A stretch of DNA of 28,598 bases from Thainema sp. GTDB taxonomy: Bacteria > Cyanobacteriota > Cyanobacteriia > Phormidesmidales > Phormidesmidaceae. This document shows positions 1 to 8,450 of the stretch, piece by piece. How positions within the stretch are numbered: position 1 is the stretch's first letter; each line of letters starts with the position of its first letter. The DNA is taken from the NCBI GenBank assembly GCA_052168235.1, contig JBQLZK010000076.1:1-28598 (forward strand). The letters run 5' to 3'. The translations under genes and the position numbers were made by a program. Under the pieces are notes generated by a model. The model saw nothing but the letters and a program-made list of their open reading frames with translations. It searched no databases and was not told where the DNA came from.

Positions 1-1091
1 GGGATCTGCGATTCTCTGATAGGTTCGTACAAAACCCCTACAGGATTAGCTTTTTTAAGGGGGGCTGGGGGGGATCCTTCAGCGTTATCGGTCGAATCCC
101 CATCCCGTAGGGGCGAATGGCCATTCGCCCCTACACCATCGTTCGCATCACCCTCACCATTCGTCGCACCGTTTGACTTCACCTGCTTCCCCGATTGACA
201 GGCATTCAAAATACAAATGGGAATCCCCTTCCCCGTCAGCAACTCCGCCAATTCCTCCGCTTCCACCGGATCGGCCTTGCCTTTGCTCTCCCCCTCCAAA
301 AACAAAAACGCCTTCACCCCGTCATAGCGCTCCAGATCATCTCGGCCATACCGCGCCTGATACGTGTAGCGATCCGCCTTCACACCCTGCTTGTACTGCT
401 CATGAGTCAGCAATCCCCCATGCGCATCAAAATGAACGATATGGTAATACCCTTCCTTCCCTTCCAAATGATCCGATAGTGCCTGATACGTCCCCGGACG
501 CAAAATTTCCACATTCACCCGCAACTGCGCCTTGTGAATCGCCTCAATCAGCGGTCGCGAAATCGTCCGATAGCCCACATCCGATTCCTCATCCGGTCGC
601 GCCGTCACCACCAGCAAATTAATCGTCGGCGATGATTGCAGATCAATTTGGGTAATGCCTTTTTGAAACCGCTTGCGCGTAAAAACACCCTCCACCGCAA
701 ACGGTCGCGGCTGCTTCGGGTCTTTCAGCGCCTCCCAGTGCAGCGCCTGAAAATCCGGTGAATTGCCCTCAATTTCAATTCGCAGTTGGGTCAGTCCCTC
801 GCGACAGGCTTGCTTATAGTCGCTGTAGGCATCTGGATCAGCAAACACTTGCTTAAATAGGTCGTGACCATAGGTTTCAATACTACTCGCCGCCCGCTGT
901 GCGATTACGTAGTCGTCAAACGGAAACTTGATCCACTGCTCAAAGTAGAACTCTAGCTCCCGCTCTTTCCGCATATCAAACGGATCGTGAACCGTAATCT
1001 CATACTGCGTTTGATGATCAATACTCAACGTCGCGGCAAAACCAGCATTGTCAGCCAGCAGACACTTTTCACGAATCGTCAGAATAGGCAT
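1..1091 (-). CDS. CHAT-domain (caspase-like, HetF family) protease, 5' part; the gene runs off the window start (probably followed by NTPase/TPR domains)
   Basis: Not in the ORF track. Manual translation from the ATG at 1091 is open to position 1: MPILTIREK...FQALHWEALKDP...INLLVVTARP...YHIVHFDAHG (His codon 422-420)...ILNACQSG (Cys codon 200-198). These are the CHAT catalytic His and Cys motifs. Confidence 0.88.
   Translation of the reverse strand, partial: MPILTIREKCLLADNAGFAATLSIDHQTQYEITVHDPFDMRKERELEFYFEQWIKFPFDDYVIAQRAASSIETYGHDLFKQVFADPDAYSDYKQACREGLTQLRIEIEGNSPDFQALHWEALKDPKQPRPFAVEGVFTRKRFQKGITQIDLQSSPTINLLVVTARPDEESDVGYRTISRPLIEAIHKAQLRVNVEILRPGTYQALSDHLEGKEGYYHIVHFDAHGGLLTHEQYKQGVKADRYTYQARYGRDDLERYDGVKAFLFLEGESKGKADPVEAEELAELLTGKGIPICILNACQSGKQVKSNGATNGEGDANDGVGANGHSPLRDGDSTDNAEGSPPAPLKKANPVGVLYEPIRESQI
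50..76 (-). repeat. Cyanobacterial small dispersed repeat (GATCCCCCCCAGCCCCCCTTAAAAAAG), partial copy
   Basis: Resembles the common cyanobacterial CCCCCTTAAAAAGGGGG-type repeat; the G-rich arm is missing. Another GATCCC starts at positions 6-1. Confidence 0.6.
107..134. repeat. GTAG-type REP palindrome GTAGGGGCGAATGGCCATTCGCCCCTAC, lying in frame inside the CHAT gene
   Basis: Perfect 28-bp palindrome with GTAG/CTAC ends, resembling RAYT-associated REPs; reads VGANGHSPL on the minus strand. Confidence 0.85.
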
Positions 1092-1231
1092 GGTGCAGAT
1101 CGGTAGCGATACTTGGCGATATTTAGCAAAGAGAGCAAAAGCCCCTCCATGCTAGCCTTCCCATTTCGCTGCGTCAGGCCACAGAGGTCAATGTTCCGAC
1201 TGCTCTACTTTGCAAACAGACATCGCAGTAC

Positions 1232-1262
1232 ATTGCAATCAATTGCAATCAATTGCGATCGC
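1232..1262. repeat. Three tandem 10-bp units (ATTGCAATCA ATTGCAATCA ATTGCGATCG) ending in a HIP1 site
   Basis: Read directly from the intergenic region upstream of the CHAT gene. Confidence 0.7.
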
Positions 1263-1283
1263 ACATCCCTTTTCGACGAATCT

Positions 1284-2306
1284 CTACGAAATCTCTGATT
1301 CAGGAATGTCTTGCTCATTAAATAAAGCTGCCGTTTGTGCTTTTGCCTTTGTTTTCATTTCGGGCGTAATGCTCATTGCAATACTGGCAAGTGCGGCTGT
1401 AATCGCCGATAAATCATCCGTAAATCCGACGGCAGGCAGCACATCAGGAATCATATCCACCGGGAGAATCCAGTAGGCCAATGCACCTGCGATAGTTAAC
1501 TTTGCTGAAATGGGAGTTTTCGGATCATGAAGGGCATTCCACATCACAAAAGCCTGCTCGACGAGGCTTTTTCCGGCCTTTGTGCCAAATGCTCTCATCT
1601 TGTCCCAAAAAGCTTCATCGGAATATTCCATATTTTCGTCTGCACTGTCCTGCGAATGTGTCATGGCTTGAACCGGAATCCCAACATTTTCCATCCGTTT
1701 AGTTGCGGCTTTCACCTGATCAATTGATGCTTGATCTTGCCCATGTCGGGTTTGATCTAGCACATTAATAAAGTCTTCAATTGCCTTGACCTGTACGTCA
1801 TTAATCTCAAACTCTCGCTGAGCCGTTTTAATCGCAGATTCCTCCTCGGCTGTCATGTTCTTGTCAGACCATACCAGGCTCAGAATATAGAACATCAAGC
1901 CAAATTTGAGTTCTCGATCTGCTTTTGATAACTTTTGAATAGATTCCTCTAATGAGGGTGGATTGTGAGAATATGACTGTAACGTTTCTTTCTCCTCAGC
2001 CGATAATTTGTCCGCTTCAGGACTCGACAGAATGAAGCTCAGCTCATCTTCATCAATCTTTTGGTCTGCGGCGGCAACAGCAAAAAGGATCGCAAAGAAC
2101 GCAAGGGTATCTTCATTCGAAAACGGCAACCAGCCTCGAACGGTTGTCACGACACTAGATGTCGCGTGACTCACGTTTTTGCCAATACTGCTGGCTGTTT
2201 CACCTGCGGCTTCGGCTAGTCCAGATGTCGTCTTACTAATATTTTTACCGAGATTATTTGCTGTTTTGCCTGCTGCTTTCGCTGCTGAGTCAAACCAATT
2301 AGCCAT
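1284..2306 (-). CDS. TerB-like domain fused to a C-terminal DUF1232/YkvA membrane domain
   Basis: AVAAADQKIDEDE and LVWSDKNMTAEEE are the duplicated TerB-type acidic motifs. FWDKM...DPKTP..AK..IAGALAYWILPVDMIPD.LP..GFTDD is the DUF1232 signature. The N-terminus is an Ala/Lys/Thr/Ser-rich amphipathic region. Confidence 0.8.
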   Translation of the reverse strand: MANWFDSAAKAAGKTANNLGKNISKTTSGLAEAAGETASSIGKNVSHATSSVVTTVRGWLPFSNEDTLAFFAILFAVAAADQKIDEDELSFILSSPEADKLSAEEKETLQSYSHNPPSLEESIQKLSKADRELKFGLMFYILSLVWSDKNMTAEEESAIKTAQREFEINDVQVKAIEDFINVLDQTRHGQDQASIDQVKAATKRMENVGIPVQAMTHSQDSADENMEYSDEAFWDKMRAFGTKAGKSLVEQAFVMWNALHDPKTPISAKLTIAGALAYWILPVDMIPDVLPAVGFTDDLSAITAALASIAMSITPEMKTKAKAQTAALFNEQDIPESEIS

Positions 2307-2439
2307 AACAAAAAATCCAATATATTAACTTGCCTTGAAATTAGGCACGCCGCGTCAGCCTAACGAATGATGGTTCTAGTAATTATGTCGTTTAGACTCT
2401 CAAACAGCATCTGCTGCTGTATATATTTATCGCCTTGAG

Positions 2440-4395
2440 ATGATTTCTACTGAGCTAAATTTCGATATCGGTGCCACAGCGCAAGGACAATATGGCTGGA
2501 TGGGTTCCGTACAGCAGTTTTTAGCTCTGCCAGCCGACGAATGGTTCGCTCAGCTTTGTACCCGCTATCAGCAGCTTTATCAGCAGCGAGCTACAACGAC
2601 TCAAAAACAAGCGTGGCAGGATAGCGGCGACATTTTGCGATCGCAACTCTCCCATCTCAAACCATCTCAACAGCAAAACTGGACGCTCATTTTTGAATAT
2701 GAACTACTCCGTGAAGGCGGACGCCGACCGGATTTGGTTCTGCTGGGTGCGGGTCGTATTTTAGTATTTGAATTCAAACAAAAGAGTAAGCCTTCGCTGG
2801 CCGACTGTGACCAAGTTGCCGCTTATGCCCGCGATTTAGCCACCTATCATCAAGCTTCTCATCATCATCCGGTCATGCCGCTGATTGTGCCGACTCGCGC
2901 CAGTCAGTCCTTTGCCTCTGGGCCTCCTGTGACCAGTCAGGATGATGGAGATACAAGAACGGTAACTGCGATCGCGCCTCATCAAATTGCTGAATACCTT
3001 AATCAACTCCAGCCCGTTGAGCCAGACATCAACGCCGAGCAGTGGGTGCAGTCGGACTATGCGCCATTACCGACGGTGGTTCAAGCCGCGCAGCAGATTT
3101 TTCGGCAGGAACCACTGCCCAGCATTCGGCAAGCGCAGAGCGTGGGTATTCCCGACCTGCTGGATTTCTTGCATAAGTTGACGCTTCAGGCGCAGCAGCA
3201 GCAAGAGCGGCATTTGGTGCTGATTACGGGCGTGCCGGGAGCCGGGAAAACGCTGGTCGGGCTACAGTACGTCTATCAAAATCCGCTCAAAGACCAGGAT
3301 TCAAATCAGCCCCAAGCCGTTTTCCTCACGGGTAACGCGCCGCTGGTGCAGGTGTTGCAGTATGCGCTGAACAGCAAGGTATTTGTTCAAGCGGTGCGTA
3401 ACTTCTACTTGCAGTACGAAGTGCGCCGCCAAACCGCGCCGCCGGAGCACATTATCGTGTTCGACGAAGCTCAACGCGCCTGGGATTGCGATCGTATGTC
3501 GGAAAAGTACGGCATCAATAGTGCCGCCAGCGGAGCCATTTTGCGGATTGCCGAGCGGATTCCGGACTGGTCAATCGTGGTGGCGCTGATTGGTGAGGGG
3601 CAGACGATTCATGTGGGCGAGGAAGACGGCATTGAGCAGTGGAATCAGTCGCTGCAAGCGGCTCAGGCCAACTGGCAGGTTCATTGTGCGCCCGCTCAGG
3701 CGAAATGGTTCGACGCTGTTGCCGCTGAACGGTTACATGCTGATCCGCAGTTCAACCTCAGCCTGTCCCTCCGCAGTCACCTGGCGCAGGATGTGCAGTC
3801 CTGGATTGCCGATTTGCTCAATGGTGAACTCGAACAGGCCGCCGCCTGGATGCCCCGGCTGGAAGCCGAGGGATTTGATGCCTATGTGACTCGCGATTTG
3901 GAATTAGCCAAGCAGTACTGTTGCGATCGCTATGTTCAATCGCCTAACAAGTGCTACGGACTGCTGGCTTCGTCTCGTGCTCGGAACTTACCGAATTATG
4001 GGATTCCCAACGATTACAAGTCCACGCAGTGGATGAAGATCGGTCCCTGGTACGTCGATCCGCCGGATTCGCCTCTATCCTGCTGTGCCTTTGAGCGGGT
4101 GGCGACGGAATTTAGCTGTCAGGGACTGGAGCTAGATTTGCCCATTGTCTGCTGGGGCAGCGATTTGCGCTGGCAGGACGGTCAGTGGCAGACTCACACC
4201 CGTCAGCGCCATGTCCGCGATCCGCATCAGTTGCGGCTGAATAGCTATCGAGTCTTGCTCTCACGCGGGCGGGACGGCCTGATCGTGTTTGTCCCGCCGG
4301 ATGCTCAGTTGAATGAAACCTATCGCGCCTTGTGCCAAGCGGGCTTAAGATGTCTTATGGACGCGGGTATACCAGCGCAGCAGGACGCGGGCTAA
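2440..4395 (+). CDS. PD-(D/E)XK-like nuclease fused to a DUF2075 (Schlafen group 3-like) SF1 helicase
   Basis: FEYEL...RRPDLVLL....ILVFEFK nuclease motif; Walker A GVPGAGKT; Walker [22 protein letters not shown] and [14 protein letters not shown]-terminal helicase motifs. Confidence 0.85.
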   Translation: MISTELNFDIGATAQGQYGWMGSVQQFLALPADEWFAQLCTRYQQLYQQRATTTQKQAWQDSGDILRSQLSHLKPSQQQNWTLIFEYELLREGGRRPDLVLLGAGRILVFEFKQKSKPSLADCDQVAAYARDLATYHQASHHHPVMPLIVPTRASQSFASGPPVTSQDDGDTRTVTAIAPHQIAEYLNQLQPVEPDINAEQWVQSDYAPLPTVVQAAQQIFRQEPLPSIRQAQSVGIPDLLDFLHKLTLQAQQQQERHLVLITGVPGAGKTLVGLQYVYQNPLKDQDSNQPQAVFLTGNAPLVQVLQYALNSKVFVQAVRNFYLQYEVRRQTAPPEHIIVFDEAQRAWDCDRMSEKYGINSAASGAILRIAERIPDWSIVVALIGEGQTIHVGEEDGIEQWNQSLQAAQANWQVHCAPAQAKWFDAVAAERLHADPQFNLSLSLRSHLAQDVQSWIADLLNGELEQAAAWMPRLEAEGFDAYVTRDLELAKQYCCDRYVQSPNKCYGLLASSRARNLPNYGIPNDYKSTQWMKIGPWYVDPPDSPLSCCAFERVATEFSCQGLELDLPIVCWGSDLRWQDGQWQTHTRQRHVRDPHQLRLNSYRVLLSRGRDGLIVFVPPDAQLNETYRALCQAGLRCLMDAGIPAQQDAG

Positions 4396-5721
4396 ACGGT
4401 CGGGACTGTGGCGCACATAGCCTGTATTCATGTCTTCTTCCATCACGTTAGCCATCACGATCCGGCGGCCCAGGTGCATGATGTTCTCGCGGTCAAAGAA
4501 AACCGGATGGGAATTGCTCTGGGCATAGCGGATCAGCGTTCCGGCAGAAGGCACCCGTCGCTGCACCAACACCGCATCGCAGAGGGAACGATTGCAAATG
4601 GCATCCAGCACCCGCAGGTGATCGGCAACGGTATAGTTATCCGTTTCGCCCGGCTGGGTCATGATGTTGCAGACATAGATGCGGGGAATATCTGTCCGCT
4701 GTGCGATCTCATGAGCAATGTCTGGAACAAGTAAATTCGGCACAATGCTGGTATAGAGGCTACCGGGGCCAATCACGATATAGTCTGCCTCTTTAATAGC
4801 TTGAATCGCTTTCGGCAGCGCAGGCGGATTAGCGGGCAGACAGCCAATATTGACAATCCGGCCTTTGGCTTCCGTAATATTCGATTCACCGTGAATCAGC
4901 CGCCCGTCAGATAGTTCAGCCCATAGGCAAACATCGCTCAGCGTCGCAGGCAGCACTTCCCCTCGTACCGCTAAAACTTTGGACGAAGCGGCAATCGCCT
5001 GCTCCAGATCGCCCGTCACCTCGGTCATCGCGGTCAAAAACAAGTTACCAAAGCTGTGACCCGACAGTCCTGCGCCCGCTTTGAAGCGGTACTGAAACAG
5101 TTCCGTGAGCAGTTTCTCTTCGTCAGCCAGTGCCGCCAGGCAGTTGCGAATATCGCCAGGCGGCAACACGCCGATTTCCCGCCGCAGTCGTCCGGACGAC
5201 CCGCCATCATCGGCCACTGTAACAATAGCGGTGATGTTAGCGCTGTAGCTTTTCAGCCCCCGAAGTAGAGTTGACAGCCCTGTACCGCCACCGATAACGA
5301 CAATTTTTGGCCCCCGATACAGCCGCCGATGCTGTAGCAATACATCGACTAGTTCCTCATCGCTGTCCGGCATCAGCACTTCGGTAATTGCGCCCAGCGT
5401 GCGAGATTGCCCCCAAAGTAAGAGACCAACTCCGCCTAGCAGCACAAGCGGCCCGCTGACATAACTTGGCACAATGGTCGTAACGATTTCAAGCGCATTA
5501 CCAACAAAGCGGGCTGTGTAAAAGACGGGCGTCATTTTTAGCCAGATCGCGAGTCCTAATCCAGCCAGCAGCATCCCGGCTAGGCTGATCAGCAACCATC
5601 GCTTGATAAACAAGCCTGGAGCAAGCCATTTAAACCATCGATTCATCCGACGAGGATGTCGTCGAGCCATCGAGTTGCGACGGATGACATACAGGGCTTG
5701 CTTCAAAGGGGCTTTTAACAT
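4345..5721 (-). CDS. yvcK: YvcK/GlmR (CofD-like, UDP-GlcNAc-binding) family protein with cyanobacterial N-terminal membrane region
   Basis: [42 protein letters not shown] and [13 protein letters not shown] motifs. Confidence 0.93.
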   Translation of the reverse strand: MLKAPLKQALYVIRRNSMARRHPRRMNRWFKWLAPGLFIKRWLLISLAGMLLAGLGLAIWLKMTPVFYTARFVGNALEIVTTIVPSYVSGPLVLLGGVGLLLWGQSRTLGAITEVLMPDSDEELVDVLLQHRRLYRGPKIVVIGGGTGLSTLLRGLKSYSANITAIVTVADDGGSSGRLRREIGVLPPGDIRNCLAALADEEKLLTELFQYRFKAGAGLSGHSFGNLFLTAMTEVTGDLEQAIAASSKVLAVRGEVLPATLSDVCLWAELSDGRLIHGESNITEAKGRIVNIGCLPANPPALPKAIQAIKEADYIVIGPGSLYTSIVPNLLVPDIAHEIAQRTDIPRIYVCNIMTQPGETDNYTVADHLRVLDAICNRSLCDAVLVQRRVPSAGTLIRYAQSNSHPVFFDRENIMHLGRRIVMANVMEEDMNTGYVRHSPDRLARVLLRWYTRVHKTS

Positions 5722-6007
5722 AGCGTTGAGCGTCTGGTTTTTAATTGCTTTTATTTATGAATAATTATTTAGATCAGAACTCATCCTAAACCAAGTTGGG
5801 TTAAGAGCGTCAATGCACCAATGATAGTTATTTCGAATCAAGCGGCTTCCTATCGGCGAAATTGTAATGAAAGTTAGGCCGCAGTTGAGAATTTTAGCGA
5901 TTTTTGGCAATAGGCTAACAGTGAAACCGCTCATGCAGCGTTAACTACCTTATAAATCGTCACATAACGATAGGACATGCGAAATCCACTATTTTTCTCT
6001 CAGAGGA

Positions 6008-6050
6008 ATTTTTAGCGAAATGCTCGCTTAGGCTGCATTTTGCTAAAAAT
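6008..6050. terminator. Inverted repeat with 16-bp arms, possible terminator
   Basis: ATTTTTAGCGAAATGC (6008-6023) and GCATTTTGCTAAAAAT (6035-6050), one mismatch. Confidence 0.45.
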
Positions 6051-6091
6051 GATAGTTGGGTTTTTGTCCAGTGGACGTGGTTTCAACATAA

Positions 6092-6196
6092 TTAAATCCC
6101 CAAGTAGGCCTTGGCGAAGTGGCTGCTAGAGACAGCATTCGCGTCAAACACCTGGGGATCAACCGTCTGATTGTACAGTAGCCGGATAGCCAGCAA
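6092..6196 (-). other. Candidate 34-codon ORF or gene remnant (LLAIRLLYNQTVDPQVFDANAVSSSHFAKAYLGI) overlapping a long hairpin
   Basis: TTG at 6196, TAA at 6094-6092; protein-like composition; an in-frame stop lies two codons upstream. Confidence 0.35.
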
Positions 6197-6263
6197 TTGT
6201 TACTCTGATGACGTTGTTCAGTTTAGGCTCAATTCAGTTACTTTTAAGCTGTTTTTATAGGCA

Positions 6264-6947
6264 TTAATCTTGCGATGCGATCGCATTTTTCAGTTCATCT
6301 TTATTCATCTTGCTCCGCCCTTCAATCTCCAGTTCTTGCGCCTGTTCATACAGTTCTTCACAAGTTTTCTCATCCAGCTCATCGGCATCGGCCTGAGCAG
6401 ATTGAACAGCTTGCTTCAGCTCATCTTTTTTCATTGAGCTGCGGCCACTGATCTCCATCTCTTGCGCCTGTTCGTACAGTTCCTCTTTCGTGGGTTCATT
6501 GTCAGAATCACTGGAGCCAGAGCTAGATTGCTCTTGCTTGAACTCATCCATTGCCTTTTGCACCGCATCCGGCCATTCCACGTGCTGCTGACCGTTTTTG
6601 GAGGCTTTTCGTTTACTCTTTTCGGCTTCTTTTTTCTCAGAATCGCTCAGCTTGTCCCAAACGGCTTTCGGCAAATAGCGCTTCGTTTTATCATCCTGAC
6701 GGGCTTTGCTACTGCCGCCTTGAGTTTGCCAATCTTCCTCTGACCACTGCTCCAGCGATTTGGCAGACTCGTCTTTTTCATCGTTTTTATAGCCGCCGCC
6801 CTGCTTTTCATACTCCTGCACAAGCAGCTGGCTTTTACGGGCTGACCATTGCCCAGGCTTACCGCCTTTATCGGACTGCATCAAATCGTCTTTGATTTCA
6901 CGGCGCAAATCGGGCTTGGTGTATTTTTTTTCGTAGCGATCGCTCAT
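6264..6947 (-). CDS. DUF5872-like hydrophilic protein with two C-terminal Rho-N-like repeats
   Basis: YTKPDLR...KGGKPGQWSARKSQL...GGGY and RYLPKAVWDKLS motifs, then two copies of T.EELYEQAQE.EI.GRS.M.KDEL. Confidence 0.75.
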   Translation of the reverse strand: MSDRYEKKYTKPDLRREIKDDLMQSDKGGKPGQWSARKSQLLVQEYEKQGGGYKNDEKDESAKSLEQWSEEDWQTQGGSSKARQDDKTKRYLPKAVWDKLSDSEKKEAEKSKRKASKNGQQHVEWPDAVQKAMDEFKQEQSSSGSSDSDNEPTKEELYEQAQEMEISGRSSMKKDELKQAVQSAQADADELDEKTCEELYEQAQELEIEGRSKMNKDELKNAIASQD

Positions 6948-7121
6948 CAGTTTTTCCTATAACAATAAAAGCGGAAGCGCTGATCAGCACCCCCACTTTG
7001 TACCGTAGAAAGGAAACCTAGCATCGGGCATCGCTCGGTTGTCAGAGCTAACTGTCAATCACAGGTTAGACAGTCTTTACAACATTAGGTCTAGCAACAC
7101 CGTCTTGCACCTTGTAAGTCA

Positions 7122-7166
7122 AAAGGCGATTTTGTAGCTGCGACTATGGCAACAAAACCGCCTCTT
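7122..7166 (-). terminator. Imperfect hairpin downstream of the M23 peptidase gene
   Basis: AGGCGATTTTGT...ACAAAACCGCCT arms followed by a T-run on the minus strand. Confidence 0.45.
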
Positions 7167-7215
7167 CTGGGTTTAACACGACGTTTTAGTGTCACATCGA
7201 GGTCGGATCAATACA

Positions 7216-7866
7216 CTACTCGCTAGGAGCAGCCTGAGAATACTGCTGTTGGTCATACATTGCCTTGAGCACCATACCTGGATCAACCCACTGCGATGAA
7301 TATTTCATGCCCCAGTGCAGGTGAGGCCCCGTCGTGCGACCGCTCATCCCCACTCGGCCAATCCGTGCTCCAGTAGGCACCCGCTGCCCTTCGGAAATGA
7401 CTAATCCACCATCCCGATCGACGATGGCTCGTTTGCCGTCCACAGTTTCAACCCAGCCTTCCATGTGGCAATAGATATGTGTCCACTCACCGGACTGAAC
7501 GGCAACCATCGTGCCGCAGGCGCTATCATCGGAGACTTCAGCTACGTAGCCAGCCCACCAGTTGCGGATGTAGCTACCCCGTGGAGCAGCCAGATCAAGC
7601 CCGTAGTGGAAGCGAGTTCCGCCACCGTAGGGAGAATTACGGTAGCCAAAGGGCGAGGTATAGTCCTGAAAATTCTCAACCGGGAATGAGGCATGATTCC
7701 ACGATAGAGGCGCTGCCGCCTGTTGCGAACCAGCCTCGATAGCAGAAACAGCAGCAGGTTTAGCTGCGAGCAGTGTCAATCCTAAGGCGGTTAAAAGGCT
7801 GAGAATAACCAACTGGCTTCGACGAGATGGCCAGTTACGAATCTGGAAGAGTGACAGTCGATTCAT
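7216..7866 (-). CDS. Secreted M23 family metallopeptidase
   Basis: Signal-like N-terminus; HYGLD (HxxxD) and TTGPHLH (HxH) zinc motifs. Confidence 0.9.
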   Translation of the reverse strand: MNRLSLFQIRNWPSRRSQLVILSLLTALGLTLLAAKPAAVSAIEAGSQQAAAPLSWNHASFPVENFQDYTSPFGYRNSPYGGGTRFHYGLDLAAPRGSYIRNWWAGYVAEVSDDSACGTMVAVQSGEWTHIYCHMEGWVETVDGKRAIVDRDGGLVISEGQRVPTGARIGRVGMSGRTTGPHLHWGMKYSSQWVDPGMVLKAMYDQQQYSQAAPSE

Positions 7867-8021
7867 AACTTAATTTTGTGTGAGGAGAACTGAAAATGCT
7901 ATGCAGATATAGCGCTGAACAGGTGCTACATTACAATACACGGCATTATATCTAGCGGTTATAGACTCGATGTAGATACACCACAAATGCTAATCATCGT
8001 ACCGCAAAGCTGACCAAAAAA

Positions 8022-8450
8022 TTAACTAGTTTGCACTAAGATTTGTTCACCGTTAATGATGGTGGAATAGACGGTTAATGGCTTGGTCGCAGGTCCTTGA
8101 GTTACGGCTCCGCTGGTGTCAAATTTCGAGTCATGACAGGGACAAATAAACTGGGTTCGGTCGGTATCCCACTCCACAGCGCATCCAGCATGAGTACAGG
8201 TAGGGTTCACGGCCACAACGCTACCGTCAGCATTGGGATCAGCAATTACAAGAATAGAGTTAGCACTGCTCTCGTTGAGAATAGAACCGTCTTGCGCTAA
8301 TTGAGCTAATGTGCCAACTGCAGTTCCTTCTCCATCGGTACCAGTTATCGTAGAGTCTGAAGACCCGGAGTCGCAGGCTGCGATCGCAACTGGTAAAGAC
8401 GTAGCAAGAAACCCAATTCCAACCCAATTTAAAAACTGGCGTCGCTCCAT
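8022..8450 (-). CDS. Small Rieske [2Fe-2S] lipoprotein (PetC3-like)
   Basis: Tat signal MERRQFL, lipobox AIAAC, Rieske boxes CTHAGC and CPCHDSKF, and GPA..PL. Confidence 0.88.
   Translation of the reverse strand: MERRQFLNWVGIGFLATSLPVAIAACDSGSSDSTITGTDGEGTAVGTLAQLAQDGSILNESSANSILVIADPNADGSVVAVNPTCTHAGCAVEWDTDRTQFICPCHDSKFDTSGAVTQGPATKPLTVYSTIINGEQILVQTS

Noticed and set aside
1..134. Repeat-spacer-repeat pattern as a CRISPR array
   Set aside because: The units belong to different repeat types, lie in frame within a CDS, show no regular periodicity, and no cas genes are present.
173..622. Plus-strand ORFs 173..622 and 195..479
   Set aside because: Antisense shadows of the CHAT gene; Pro/Ser-rich with no motifs.
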